NCBI GenBank assembly: GCA_040391235.1
Contig: JBEBYG010000006.1
Span: 52,602-116,601, forward strand
Length of the DNA stretch: 64,000 bases
Reading direction: 5' to 3'
Source: Cryomorpha ignava
GTDB lineage: Bacteria; Bacteroidota; Bacteroidia; Flavobacteriales_F; PHOS-HE28
Both the position numbers and the translations under genes were made by a program. A model generated the notes under the pieces. It did no database searches, had not been told where the DNA came from, and saw only the letters and a program-made list of their open reading frames with translations. Position 1 is the first letter of the stretch. Each line of letters opens with the position of its first letter. Positions 19,060 to 29,352 of this stretch are shown here, in pieces.

Positions 19060-20604
19060 TTAGTGTTTGAAGTGTCTGTTACCGGTGATGCACATGGCGA
19101 TGCCGCGCTCGTTGCAAGCGTCGATGCTTTCCCGGTCGCGGATGCTGCCGCCGGGTTGTACGATGGCTGTGATCCCTGCGTTCGCTGCTATCCCCACACA
19201 GTCCGGGAAGGGAAAGAATGCGTCGCTGGCCATCACGGCTCCGTGTAGGTCGAAATTGAACTTGCCTGCCTTGGCAATGGCCTGTTCCAAGGCATCCACC
19301 CGGCTGGTCTGCCCGGTGCCGCTGCCCAATAATTGCAGGTTCTTTGCCAAGATGATGGCGTTGCTTTTGGTGTGCTTTACCAGGATGTTGGCGAATTCCA
19401 GGTCCTGCAGCAGCTTGGCGGAAGGACTCGTTTGGGTCACCGAGCGCATGTCTTCCACGCGGTCCGTTATCCGGTCCGGAAGCTGCGATAGGATGCCGTT
19501 GAGTGCAGACCTGAATTTGCGCGGCGGTGGAGTGCTCTGCTTCCGCTTCAGTATGATGCGGTTCTTTTTCTTGCTGAGGATCTCCAAGGCTTCTGGCTCA
19601 TAGTCCGGTGCGCAGATGATCTCGAAGAAAAGGCCATCGATGGCGGCAGCGGTGCTGGCATCAATGGGGGCGGAGGTGATCAGCACACCGCCAAAGGCGC
19701 TCACCGGGTCACCGGCCAAGGCCGCGTCCCATGCTTCGTGCAAGCTGGGCCGGATGGCTGCCCCGCAAGCATTGTTGTGCTTGAGGATGGCAAATGGCAC
19801 ACCTTCCAGCAGGGCCAGATCGTCTATCAGCAGCACCGCCGCATCCAGATCGAGCAGGTTGTTGTAGCTGAGGCTTTTCCCGTTCAAGCGATCGAACAGG
19901 CCGTCCAGGTCGCCGATAAAGCTCGCCGGTTGGTGCGGATTTTCGCCGTAGCGCAGTGGGTGGATCGGCTGGGTGCCAAGTGCCGGACGCTCGGAGGCCA
20001 AGGGCTCGTAGCCGCTGAACCAGCCATGGATGGCGCGGTCGTAATGGGCGCTTTCGGCAAAACCGTAGGTGGCGAACACCCTGCGCTGGGCCAAGGTGGT
20101 GGTGCCCGCCTGTTCGGTGAGGATCCGCAAGGCTTCGGCGTAATGGCGTTGTGCCGGCACGATCACTACGTCGTTGAAATTCTTTGACGCAGCGCGGATC
20201 AAGGAGATGCCACCGATATCGATCTTCTCGATGATCTCCTGTTCGCTTCCCCCAGCGGATACGGTGTCCTCGAATGGATACAGGTCCACGATCACCATAT
20301 CGATGGGCGAGATGGCGTGTTCCTTCATCTGGGCCACATCGCTTTCGAGGCGGCGGCGTCCCAGTATGCCACCGAAGATCTTGGGATGGAGGGTTTTTAC
20401 TCGGCCGCCGAGAATGCTCGGGAAGGAAGTGAGGTCCTCTACGGGTACCACCGGAATGTCCAGACCCTCAATGAAAGTACGCGTTCCCCCAGTGCTGTAG
20501 AGGGTTACGTCCAAGCGGTGCAGTTCGCGTACGATCGGTTCCAGACCGTCCTTGTCAAATACAGAGATCAACGCACTCTCAATGCGCTTCGTGTTTTCCG
20601 CCAT
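19060..20604 (-). CDS. purH: Bifunctional AICAR formyltransferase / IMP cyclohydrolase
   Basis: MGS-like N-terminal domain (ALISVFDKDGL...LYSTGGT) and AICARFT domain. 514 aa. Confidence 0.9.
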   Translation of the reverse strand: MAENTKRIESALISVFDKDGLEPIVRELHRLDVTLYSTGGTRTFIEGLDIPVVPVEDLTSFPSILGGRVKTLHPKIFGGILGRRRLESDVAQMKEHAISPIDMVIVDLYPFEDTVSAGGSEQEIIEKIDIGGISLIRAASKNFNDVVIVPAQRHYAEALRILTEQAGTTTLAQRRVFATYGFAESAHYDRAIHGWFSGYEPLASERPALGTQPIHPLRYGENPHQPASFIGDLDGLFDRLNGKSLSYNNLLDLDAAVLLIDDLALLEGVPFAILKHNNACGAAIRPSLHEAWDAALAGDPVSAFGGVLITSAPIDASTAAAIDGLFFEIICAPDYEPEALEILSKKKNRIILKRKQSTPPPRKFRSALNGILSQLPDRITDRVEDMRSVTQTSPSAKLLQDLEFANILVKHTKSNAIILAKNLQLLGSGTGQTSRVDALEQAIAKAGKFNFDLHGAVMASDAFFPFPDCVGIAANAGITAIVQPGGSIRDRESIDACNERGIAMCITGNRHFKH

Positions 20605-20781
20605 ACCGGGCTTGGGTTGCGCAAGTTTACCAGTCCCCGGTGAAAGAAAACACTGGTCTCCGCACGGCTTTTCAGCCCGGTTACCAACAGTTTACTTTCC
20701 ACTTCCACGGATCCGGCCTTCTGCAACCAGAAAGTTCAGTGGACTAGGACGCGGATCCCGGCCCCTTATTGCCCTGCCGGA

Positions 20782-21462
20782 TCAGAATCGGAAACCCACG
20801 CCCAGCAAGACGTTCATGGTGCCCGTAGCGCTGTTGAGCGTGTTGAAGGTGACCTCGCCATTGGGGTCTACCGCGATCGATGTGGGATCCACGTAGTTGG
20901 TCTTGCCACTATAGAAGCGCTCTACCCGGGCCTCCATGTAGCCCGCACCGCCCAAGGTCACCATCAGGCCAGCTGCCCAACCGGTGCTTAGGACGAAGTC
21001 GTTCGCGTTGCGCTCCTTTCTCAGCGGATCGTCCAAACCGTCCACCGTCAATTTGCTCTGCGTGGTGAATTGCCGAACCCCGGCCAAGCCCTCGAGGTAG
21101 GGGCGGACCCTGCTTTTTGATGGGCTGAGGCGCAGGAGGGCGTGGTAGTTGAACACCTTGGCCTTCACGGCCAGTCGGCCCTCTGTGGCCAGTAGGTTGG
21201 GATCCGTCACCGGCACAGTGCTCACATCCTTGCCCATTTCACCATACCCGAAGGCCGCGCCGAACTGGAGCGGGATTCTTCCGGAAGGGAAGGTCAAGTG
21301 CCCGCCGAAGGTGAACATCTCCTTTCCCCAAGTATCAGCGTATTCGCCCATGGGAATGCTCACGCCGATGGTTCCGCCGAGGTTGCCGTCGTAGCCATTT
21401 TGTTGGGCCGTTGCAAAAGGGGCGATCAGGAGTGCCGTAAGAAGGAGGGTGATGGTACGCAT
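20782..21462 (-). CDS. Small outer-membrane beta-barrel protein (OMP_b-brl / porin-family)
   Basis: The internal start MRTITLLLTALLIAPFATAQ gives a clean signal peptide. The body has Gly/Tyr-rich amphipathic strands and a C-terminal ...LLGVGFRF. The upstream 73 codons of the ORF lack support. Confidence 0.7.
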   Translation of the reverse strand: MRTITLLLTALLIAPFATAQQNGYDGNLGGTIGVSIPMGEYADTWGKEMFTFGGHLTFPSGRIPLQFGAAFGYGEMGKDVSTVPVTDPNLLATEGRLAVKAKVFNYHALLRLSPSKSRVRPYLEGLAGVRQFTTQSKLTVDGLDDPLRKERNANDFVLSTGWAAGLMVTLGGAGYMEARVERFYSGKTNYVDPTSIAVDPNGEVTFNTLNSATGTMNVLLGVGFRF

Positions 21463-21523
21463 GGTGGTATGCTTTGGTGGGCCGGTTGCGGATCCCGTGC
21501 CGAAGTTCGCATCTTCGCGCCAG

Positions 21524-21970
21524 ATGGAGCTTTTCACGGGTTGGGCCGATGCTGGATTGCCTGCGCTTTTCCTGGCCTGCTTCCTCGCGGCCACGGTGCT
21601 TCCGTTCAGTTCTGAGGCGCTGTTGTTGGCCATGGCGTTGGGTCCTTGGGGGACGATGCCGCTCCTGCTCACGGCCAGCATCGGGAATACATTGGGAGGG
21701 ATGACGAATTACGGGATCGGGCGTTGGCTACCGGAAGGAAAGCTCATGCGCTGGTTCCGAATAAAACCGGAGAAGGCGGAGCGTTGGCGTGGGTTGGTGC
21801 AACGCTATGGCGTGTGGACCGCATTGCTCTGTTGGCTGCCGGTGGTCGGCGATCCCATCGCGATCGCACTGGGCCTGTTCCGGACCTCGGCTTGGCCGGT
21901 GCTGGTACTGATGTTCATTGGAAAGGCAGCACGCTACGCGGTTTTGATCGCGGCCGTCCGCGTGTGGTGA
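21524..21970 (+). CDS. YqaA-family (DedA/VTT-like) inner-membrane protein
   Basis: Strong similarity to E. coli YqaA in the segments LPFSSEALLLAM...GNTLGGMTNYGIGR...RYGVWTALLCWLPVVGDPIAIALG...KAARYAV. The start is at the internal MELFTG. Confidence 0.75.
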   Translation: MELFTGWADAGLPALFLACFLAATVLPFSSEALLLAMALGPWGTMPLLLTASIGNTLGGMTNYGIGRWLPEGKLMRWFRIKPEKAERWRGLVQRYGVWTALLCWLPVVGDPIAIALGLFRTSAWPVLVLMFIGKAARYAVLIAAVRVW

Positions 21971-22114
21971 AGAAAGTGGCCGGTCCGATCGCTCGTCTGG
22001 ACCCATCGGGGTGAAAGCACGGTTTTCATCAAACATCGGCATCCCTTGGCTGAAATGCGGAAGGCCGCCGCGTGGTTCACGCGACGGCCTTCCAGTACAT
22101 AGGGTTCTATACGA

Positions 22115-23506
22115 TCAGTAGGGCGTGTTCTGTGGATCCCAGTTGCACCAGCCTTGCGTCCAATCCTCCGTGCCGAAGGCTCCCAGGAAGTTCACCTGCT
22201 GGAAGAAGCCATCCGTCAATGCCGGGTTGGAGAAGGCCGCGCCGCTGAGCAAGGGAGAACCACCGTTCGGAAGAAGATCAGGTGCATTCAGGGAGAAGGG
22301 TGTGTTCAGACCAAGTTCGCTGATGTTGGCTAACACACTATTGCCCCAACCGGAAGTATTGAACCAAGCGGATGCATCGAACGTGCTTCCGGAAGCTACG
22401 GCCAGCGGGGTGCTACATCCTGCGATGATCGAGGTGCGGAATTGCAGGTCGTTACTCGTTGCAGCGCCTTCGGTGAGGCTGCCATCAAGGAGCAATCCTG
22501 TAGGATATCCGGCCAGCACGGTGTTAAAGGCGTTCAGGCGGCTGTTGCGACGAATGTGTGCTGCACGCTTGAATTGTCCGTTCATGCTTCCCGTTACGGT
22601 GCCGGGCCCAAGGATGCTGACATTGCTGAAGACCGGCCGGGTCAGGGGTGAGGCTGAAGATCCACTGGCATCGTTATCGCTTTCGAAACCATTGCTACCG
22701 CTCTGGTCCGCGATGTTCGGATCGCGCAAGGCGAGCGCGAACTGCACCTTCCCGCGATAGCCGTTGTCGGTATCGAAATCATCGTCCCAACCGCGGAATG
22801 CCACGATGTGCTTCAGGTTCACCGCACCGCCGAACATCTCGTAGCTATCGTCACCACTATAGCTCACCTGGATATGGTCCAAGGTGGTGCCGCTTCCGAC
22901 CGCGCCGAGGGTAAGGCCATTGATCTCTTGGTCAGGCTGAAAGGCTATGCCCGGGAACTCGATCCGGACGTAGCGCATGGTCCCGCTGTTGTCCGCGTCG
23001 TTGGGGTTGCTTCCGCCCCCATAGTAGGCATCCGGGCCTCCTTCGATACGTGCTTCTCCGCCGGGCTGGTTGTTGCCTGCGCGACCGCAAATGATCAGCC
23101 CGCCCCAATCTCCGTAATCACGGCTACCGGCAGGCTGGTTGCTGGTGAACACAATGGGCTGGCTGGCGCTTCCCACGGCATTGATCTTCGCTCCGCGCTT
23201 AATGATCAACGTACCCTTGCTGTTCTTGTCCCCTTTGATGATGGTGCCGGGCTCAATGGTGAGCGTTGCACCGTCCTCCACGTACACGAAGCTCTGGAGC
23301 AACCACTGCTTGTCGCTGCTGAAAGTGAAGTTGGCGGCTGTGCTGCCTTCCACCTTGTTCGTGTTGTTGCCCATATCCGTGATGGTAAAGCTGGATGTGG
23401 TCTCCGGTAGGGGAGCCAATTCTTCCTTGTCCTTTTTGCACGCGGTCAGTGCGAGCAATGTGCCACCCGCGAGTGCGAGGAGGTGTGTCCTGTTCAAGAT
23501 CTTCAT
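22115..23506 (-). CDS. Lipoprotein of unknown function encoded downstream of a TonB-dependent receptor
   Basis: Signal peptide with a lipobox-like LALTAC. Gly/Asn/Ser/Thr-rich beta-type sequence. The ATG at 23506 is preferred over the GTG at 23533. Confidence 0.65.
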   Translation of the reverse strand: MKILNRTHLLALAGGTLLALTACKKDKEELAPLPETTSSFTITDMGNNTNKVEGSTAANFTFSSDKQWLLQSFVYVEDGATLTIEPGTIIKGDKNSKGTLIIKRGAKINAVGSASQPIVFTSNQPAGSRDYGDWGGLIICGRAGNNQPGGEARIEGGPDAYYGGGSNPNDADNSGTMRYVRIEFPGIAFQPDQEINGLTLGAVGSGTTLDHIQVSYSGDDSYEMFGGAVNLKHIVAFRGWDDDFDTDNGYRGKVQFALALRDPNIADQSGSNGFESDNDASGSSASPLTRPVFSNVSILGPGTVTGSMNGQFKRAAHIRRNSRLNAFNTVLAGYPTGLLLDGSLTEGAATSNDLQFRTSIIAGCSTPLAVASGSTFDASAWFNTSGWGNSVLANISELGLNTPFSLNAPDLLPNGGSPLLSGAAFSNPALTDGFFQQVNFLGAFGTEDWTQGWCNWDPQNTPY

Positions 23507-23732
23507 GTGTCCTTTTGTTGTTGCTTTTTTCACGCTACAAAAGGACGGGCGGTAGTTTGCGTGGATATGAAGGCGATCTTATGTGATCGTTGAATGGAGT
23601 GAACGTTGCGTTAAGCCTGCGTGCGGAGGTATAGTGGAAGGAGTCGGCCGCCGTTCTGCCCATCGGCCGAAACGGCTTTCGGAAGTGTAACGCCATGGAC
23701 CTTAATTCGGGATGGTTACTTCCTGAAGCACT

Positions 23733-23758
23733 GAAGGCCGTGTGTGAACACGGCCTTC
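23733..23758 (-). terminator. Strong intercistronic hairpin between the TonB-dependent receptor and lipoprotein genes. It may be an attenuator or partial terminator.
   Basis: Perfect 11-bp stem GAAGGCCGTGT / ACACGGCCTTC with a 4-nt loop, about 65 nt downstream of the receptor stop. On the minus (transcribed) strand no clean U-tract follows it. Confidence 0.5.
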
Positions 23759-23823
23759 GGTCTTGTGGCTTATCGGATTGAGCTGGAGCCGGCCTGCTCT
23801 CACAACGAAGTTCTATACCACCT

Positions 23824-26637
23824 TCAAAAGCTGTAGCTCACACCACCGCTGAAGTACGCACCCTGCCGATAGCTCATGATCAATTCATCGGAGCCGCCGA
23901 TCCGCCCGTCCTCATTGCTGTCCTGCTTCAGCAAGGTCCGTGCTTCCAATAAGTTGTGGATGCCCAACTTGATCTCGAAGTGCTCCCCCAAGGCCTTGCT
24001 TAATGTTGCATCCAGCATGCCTATGGGCATTTCATAGATGTCCGGTGTGCCGAAGCTGCCCACGGCATAGAGGCGCTTTCCGAAGGTGTTGTAGACGATG
24101 TTGTATTGGAGCTTGCTTTCCGTATGGGCATAGTAGAGACCGGCGTTCAGCACATACGGACTTTGCCCCATCATGGGTCGCTCGTTCTGCTGACCCACGG
24201 CCTCCTTTCCCAATGTTACCGTGCTATGGATCACTGAGGCGTTCAGCAATACACCCCACCGGGAGAGGTAACCGGATTTGAAGATCCCTTTCAATGAACG
24301 GCGCACTTCCACTTCAGCACCCAGGCTCTCCGCGCTTTCGGCATTCTTGTAGGTGAAATTCCGCGTTCCGCCCGAGCCCGCTCCAGGAACGAAGAACATT
24401 TCGATGGGGTCGATGAATGCTTTTCGGAACACGCCCACGCTCATCACTTCGCTGGTGCCCGGGTAGAATTCCATCCGAGCATCCATGTTCTGGATCGTTG
24501 CGGTGCGCAATGCGGGGTTGCCGTAGAGCACGTTGTTGAAGCTGAAATCATAGAACGCGAAGGGTGCGAGTTCCCGGAACTCCGGACGATTTACGGTAGC
24601 GCTCCAAGCCATTCGCACCAATGAACGTTCCCCCAACTTGTAGGATGCGTTGATCGATGGCAGCACGCTGGTCAATTTCCGGTCGACCACCACAGGAACC
24701 CCACCGTACGTTGCACTCGTTAGTTGTTGCCGGTTGTTCTCCAATCGCACGCCACCACTGATGGAGATGCGTTCGGCATAGCTGAGGGTGGTGCCGAGGT
24801 AGCCAACAAGCAAACTGTTGGCTGCTGTGTAGTTATCGCTCGGGTTGGTGCCTTCCACAAGCTGGAAGCCCGTAGTTGAATTGATGTTCCCTTCCGAAAA
24901 GACCTGGTCCAAGGGAAGCTGGGTGAGGCTGTTATTGAACTGACCGCTGTTCGCTTTCTTGAATGACATCCAGCGAGCGGCGAACTCCCGTTCCTTCTGT
25001 TCCGCCAGAATACCGGTGCGCACGCTGGCACTGAAGGTGGCCTGCTCTTTCGTTAGGCGATGCGTCGCGTCCACTTTTCCAGTGGCGGTACCCTCCTTCA
25101 CCGTACTGAAGAAGCGGCCGGCATCCAAGGTGGAAGCGGAGGGTGCGATCACTACTTGAAAGGAGGACTCGGTATCTCCGATGGCACGCGCGCTGCGCAC
25201 CCTGCGAAAGTCCGGTTCCTTGCCGTTCGCGATCCCAAGCCCCAGGGTCCATTCGATCGCTGTTCGGTCATTGGCCAACTGGTGCCGCCCGATCAGCTGG
25301 CCGCTGTAGAGCGTCCGTTCCCTGTATCGGAATGAGAAATTGCGCACATCGTTGCCTTCCTCCAGGTTCTGTCCGGTGCGTAAAGTGGTCTGGTTCTCGC
25401 CCAGTTGATTGAACAGGTTCCGGAATTCGATCTTGGTGCGGGTACCGATGAAGGCCGTCCAGTTGTGCATTACGCCCAAACGCACGTTGTGGCCGTATTC
25501 GAGGTCGTTGTAGCGGTAGATGGTATCGCTGCGTTGTGCCTCGGGATCGTATGAGTTGTAGTTGTAGTTCTTCACCGCCTTGCTCGCGTAGGTGTTGGAC
25601 CAGTTCACCAAGGTGGTGTTTCCGTACGTGTTCTTACCGTTTTTGCGTCCGAGGCGGTAAGCGAGCATCAGGCCAAACCTTTGGTCCGGTGTTGCCACGC
25701 TGGATGAAGCTGTCCAGGTATTGGGCATTTCACGACCGAGTGCCGTCAACTGTGCCGGGTCTGTTACCGAATTGAGATGTGCCGGGAATGATGATGGAAG
25801 ACTACGTGATCCGTCATCCAGGCCGAGCAGGTCCGTGGTGCTTTGCTGGCCTTGTTCGAACGTGCGGAAGGTGGTTCCATCTTGGATCCCTGCACCGAGC
25901 GATACCTTCACCTCATTTCTTTCAGGAACTCCGGCTGTAGTGATGTTCACTACGCCACCAGCGAATTCACCGGGAAGTTCCGGTGAACCTGTCTTGTACA
26001 CCATGATGCGGTCCAGCCCGCCGCTGGGGAGCAGGTCGAAGCTGAAGGAGCGTTTGTCCGGCTCCATGCTCGGAGCGGCGACGCCATTCAGCAAGACCAT
26101 GTTGTAGCGGTCGGCCAAGCCACGGATCATGATGAAACGGTCGTTTACCAAAGTGATGCCCGGTATACGTTTCACCACATCGGCGGCCGTGCGATCTTGG
26201 CCCTTGGCGATCTGTTCGCGTCCCACGCCATTGGCCACCTGTTCGCTCTGGCGCACGGCCATCATCACGGCTGCTTCCGAGTCCACCTTGCGCTCGCGCA
26301 CCACCTCCAACGCTTGCATGGTTTGTCCACCTTCTTCAAACTGTAGCTCAACACGCACGGTTTTACCCGCGAGAACGATCACCTCTTGTTCCACATTGGA
26401 TAGGCCGACCAAACTGGCTACAACCAGATGGGTGCCAGCCGGAGCAGGTAGGCTGAAGGAGCCTTCCACGTCCGTGCTCACAGTGGCTGAGGTGCCTTTG
26501 ATCGCTACGTTGGCAAAGGGTTGGGGCTGAAGTGTGCCGCCCTCCATAGCCACCACGGTGCCGGTTATTGTGCCATTCTGGGCGATCGAGAACAGGCTTA
26601 GATGCAGGAAAAGGAGTAAAAGGGAAATGTGTCTCAT
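23824..26637 (-). CDS. TonB-dependent outer-membrane receptor with an N-terminal carboxypeptidase-regulatory-like domain
   Basis: Signal peptide MRHISLLLLFLHLSLFSIAQ. CarbopepD_reg-like NGTITGTVV...VSTDVEGSFSL. Plug region with a TonB-box-like stretch. Barrel ending in an aromatic (YSF). The start is at M13 of the ORF. Confidence 0.85.
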   Translation of the reverse strand: MRHISLLLLFLHLSLFSIAQNGTITGTVVAMEGGTLQPQPFANVAIKGTSATVSTDVEGSFSLPAPAGTHLVVASLVGLSNVEQEVIVLAGKTVRVELQFEEGGQTMQALEVVRERKVDSEAAVMMAVRQSEQVANGVGREQIAKGQDRTAADVVKRIPGITLVNDRFIMIRGLADRYNMVLLNGVAAPSMEPDKRSFSFDLLPSGGLDRIMVYKTGSPELPGEFAGGVVNITTAGVPERNEVKVSLGAGIQDGTTFRTFEQGQQSTTDLLGLDDGSRSLPSSFPAHLNSVTDPAQLTALGREMPNTWTASSSVATPDQRFGLMLAYRLGRKNGKNTYGNTTLVNWSNTYASKAVKNYNYNSYDPEAQRSDTIYRYNDLEYGHNVRLGVMHNWTAFIGTRTKIEFRNLFNQLGENQTTLRTGQNLEEGNDVRNFSFRYRERTLYSGQLIGRHQLANDRTAIEWTLGLGIANGKEPDFRRVRSARAIGDTESSFQVVIAPSASTLDAGRFFSTVKEGTATGKVDATHRLTKEQATFSASVRTGILAEQKEREFAARWMSFKKANSGQFNNSLTQLPLDQVFSEGNINSTTGFQLVEGTNPSDNYTAANSLLVGYLGTTLSYAERISISGGVRLENNRQQLTSATYGGVPVVVDRKLTSVLPSINASYKLGERSLVRMAWSATVNRPEFRELAPFAFYDFSFNNVLYGNPALRTATIQNMDARMEFYPGTSEVMSVGVFRKAFIDPIEMFFVPGAGSGGTRNFTYKNAESAESLGAEVEVRRSLKGIFKSGYLSRWGVLLNASVIHSTVTLGKEAVGQQNERPMMGQSPYVLNAGLYYAHTESKLQYNIVYNTFGKRLYAVGSFGTPDIYEMPIGMLDATLSKALGEHFEIKLGIHNLLEARTLLKQDSNEDGRIGGSDELIMSYRQGAYFSGGVSYSF

Positions 26638-26730
26638 TGCGGTCGATCGGGAGATTGGTCCGTCACGCCGCAAAAGTCCCTGCCCACCCTTTCGCCAGTT
26701 TTGGCTGGGGGTTATCCTTACATTACTATT

Positions 26731-27513
26731 TCAGGCCCCGGGTTTACGATCCCGAAACGTCTTGCCCTTGATCGGCTGGTTCAGGAACCACCATTCCGGC
26801 AGATGCGCTCCTTTGCCTCTTTGCTGCTGCCACATGTTCACCAACTGATCCTGTAGCACGGCGGTAGCCTCTTCCACATTATCCACCACATGCACAAAGC
26901 CCAGCTCCTTGGCGCCGATGGTGCCTTCGGTGATCATTAGATCAAGCTGTTGCAGTACCGGCCCCCAATACTCCTTGCCATATAGAATGATGGGAAAGCC
27001 TTTCACTTTGCCGGTCTGGATCAAGGTGACCGTCTCGAACAGCTCATCCATGGTACCCGCACCGCCCGGCATCACCACGAAACAGATGCTGTATTTCAGC
27101 AACAGCACCTTGCGCACGAAGAAGTGGTCGAAGGTGAGATCCACATCGAGGTAGGGGTTGGCATATTGCTCGTGGGGCAGCACGATGTTGCATCCCACGC
27201 TGGTGGCGCCCACATCGCGTGCACCGCGGTTGGCGGCCTCCATGACACCCGGTCCGCCGCCCGTCATGATGGTAAAGCCCACGCGCCCCACCCGGCGTGC
27301 CAGTGAGCGAGTGGCTTCGTAGTACTGATGGTCTTCGCTGAAGCGCGCACTACCGAAGAACGTGACGCAGGGTCCTACAAAATGCAACTTCCGGAAGCCA
27401 TAGAAGAACTGCTGCGCGATCGTGAACAGCGTTTTGAATTCCTTCCATCGCGAACGAGGGCCACTTAAGAAGCTGAGGTCGATGTGGGAACGATTCGAGG
27501 AGGGCGTTGACAT
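26731..27513 (-). CDS. LOG-family protein (cytokinin riboside 5'-monophosphate phosphoribohydrolase-like, TIGR00730 family)
   Basis: Motifs GGGPGVMEAANRGA and PGGAGTMDELFE. Confidence 0.8.
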   Translation of the reverse strand: MSTPSSNRSHIDLSFLSGPRSRWKEFKTLFTIAQQFFYGFRKLHFVGPCVTFFGSARFSEDHQYYEATRSLARRVGRVGFTIMTGGGPGVMEAANRGARDVGATSVGCNIVLPHEQYANPYLDVDLTFDHFFVRKVLLLKYSICFVVMPGGAGTMDELFETVTLIQTGKVKGFPIILYGKEYWGPVLQQLDLMITEGTIGAKELGFVHVVDNVEEATAVLQDQLVNMWQQQRGKGAHLPEWWFLNQPIKGKTFRDRKPGA

Positions 27514-27610
27514 GGTGCGAAGTTATCGACGTGGTTATGGCAAAATCAGGCGAAACGGTGATCGCTTCAACAATGGCGAACTAATAGCACGCTTATGACC
27601 TGCGTTCAGG

Positions 27611-27630
27611 AGCTAACAACTCAGTTAGCT
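27611..27630. promoter_or_regulatory. 7-bp inverted repeat 30 bp upstream of the first T9SS-cargo paralog
   Basis: AGCTAAC-aactca-GTTAGCT. Confidence 0.3.
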
Positions 27631-27659
27631 TTGAAGGTGGCAATTCCTATTCTATCCGA

Positions 27660-29198
27660 ATGAGGTCATCATTTCAATTTTTCTTGGCCTTGTGCTCGAT
27701 CACCATGTTCGGTGCTGCGCAAGCACAAACCATCTTCGGCAAGGAATATCCTGTCGGTTACAACAACATTAGCTGGGTGCGCGGGATCGGCATTCACACC
27801 GGTGGGGTTATGGTGAGCGCACGTCCCACGGAGAGTACAACAAACACCTTCGCAAGCTCGATCCTCACAACGAATGAAGTGGGTGATGTGGTGAGTTTGT
27901 TCCGTTATGAGCATGGCCTTTCCGATCTGATCACATGCATGGAACGCCTGTCGAACGGGGATGTCATCGTGGGGTCTTCTTCAGGTCAACATTTCGGAGG
28001 TATCGGTTCCTTTGATATGATGGTAAAGAGGCTGGGGCCGGACGGGAGTGTGATCTGGGCAAAGGCATTGGGGGCGGCCATGGGGAGTACGATCCTGTAC
28101 GATATGGTTGAGCCGGTGCCCGGAGCGCTCATCGGGATCGCTTCGTTAGAAGATTCCTCCGGCGCAGGTTACCCGTTGGTGTTCCGCCTGGATGATACTG
28201 GTGGCATCGTTTGGTCCCACAGGCTTCTTTCCACTGGGGCAGCCATGCGGTGCATGGCCATCACGGCGGACCAAGCCGGGGGCGTGGTCGTTTCCGGCCG
28301 CTATGCGGATACCTCGAATGGTATGAAGATGCTAACGATCCGAATGGACCTGAATGGGGGAGTGGATTGGGCGCACTGGTACGGGAGTACTGGATTTATC
28401 GAGGTGCGGGAGGTATTGAATGATCCGAACGGCGGCTTGGCCATTGTGGGGGACTTGGGCAATACCGGTGGTGGTGGTGTGATCCGCACGGATGCATCAG
28501 GGACCCCATATTCCATGTTCCTTTGGGGTTGGGAGATCGAGGCAGGCCATTGTTTCGCCGACCGCTCGCTCCTATTGGTCACGCAGGTGCCGGGAGGAAA
28601 TACTGGCTTCGCCCGCATCGATACCAGCAATGTGATCCAATGGTCCGCCTTGCTGGAGGCCACCTCGTGGGGAGCGCTTGTGCCCCTCTATGGAAGCTCG
28701 CGCTTTGCCTATGTATCTTCCAAGATGTTCAGCGACGTCACGATCACCACCTTGACGGACCAGCTCGATGCCTGCGACGGTGATACCCTGTCCACCTCTG
28801 TGGTGCCGACATGGGAGCTCCATGGATCTGCCGTGGTAACGACCGCTCCGCTATCCTTGCTCACACAGGATATCCCTATCACGCTCGTGCCATTGAATAC
28901 AAGCATGGTGGTGCAATGCACGGAATACGTAGGTGTGGCGGAGAACGAAGCGCCCGAAGTACAGCCAATGAAATGTGGTTTTGCAATGGGGGATCATGTG
29001 CTCTCGATCACCGGCCTTGACCGAGATCGCTTGCCTGTTGTGGTGAGCGATGTGATGGGGCGCCGATGGTCTGTTGGTAAAGCTGTACGCGCTGGTGATG
29101 GGGCGGTTCAGTTGACACTGCCAAGCACGCTGACTCCGGGGTATTACATCGCCTCGGCTGGGGCGAAGGCATGCACCTTCGTGATCGCTGCGTGGTAG
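27660..29198 (+). CDS. Secreted repeat (beta-propeller-like) protein with a T9SS type-A C-terminal sorting domain, paralog A
   Basis: Signal peptide. Roughly 50-aa repeats of the form GG(V/L)xx(V/S)G...RxDxxGxxxW(A/S)xxxG (delta-60/propeller-like). The C-terminus ...LTLPSTLTPGYYIASAGAKACTFVIAAW fits the type-A CTD. Confidence 0.75.
   Translation: MRSSFQFFLALCSITMFGAAQAQTIFGKEYPVGYNNISWVRGIGIHTGGVMVSARPTESTTNTFASSILTTNEVGDVVSLFRYEHGLSDLITCMERLSNGDVIVGSSSGQHFGGIGSFDMMVKRLGPDGSVIWAKALGAAMGSTILYDMVEPVPGALIGIASLEDSSGAGYPLVFRLDDTGGIVWSHRLLSTGAAMRCMAITADQAGGVVVSGRYADTSNGMKMLTIRMDLNGGVDWAHWYGSTGFIEVREVLNDPNGGLAIVGDLGNTGGGGVIRTDASGTPYSMFLWGWEIEAGHCFADRSLLLVTQVPGGNTGFARIDTSNVIQWSALLEATSWGALVPLYGSSRFAYVSSKMFSDVTITTLTDQLDACDGDTLSTSVVPTWELHGSAVVTTAPLSLLTQDIPITLVPLNTSMVVQCTEYVGVAENEAPEVQPMKCGFAMGDHVLSITGLDRDRLPVVVSDVMGRRWSVGKAVRAGDGAVQLTLPSTLTPGYYIASAGAKACTFVIAAW
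28887..29198 (+). repeat. Direct repeat copy 1: a ~310-bp 3' segment shared by the tandem paralogs at over 90% nucleotide identity
   Basis: Aligns to 30598–30909. An internal ~100-bp stretch (GATCATGTGCTCTCGATCACCGGCCTTGACCGAGATCGCTTGCCTGTTGTGGTGAGCGATGTGATGGGGCGCCGATGG) is identical. Confidence 0.8.
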
Positions 29199-29352
29199 CT
29201 CAGAAGTTTGGGCAAGAAGTGTAGTGAGGCTTTCAGAAGGGATCCGCTGAAGTGGCTCCGAAGTCGTTTGTGCCCAATGGCCGCAGGCATTTTCAGGCCA
29301 CCATGCCATAGCTTTGGTCAAACCACCGAACACAGGTAGTTGAAGCCATCGG

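Noticed and set aside
23824-26637. SusC/SusD-type polysaccharide utilisation locus
   Set aside because: The receptor has a CarbopepD_reg N-terminus but is not followed by a SusD/RagB-like gene. The downstream lipoprotein is not SusD-like (no TPR-rich helical signature).
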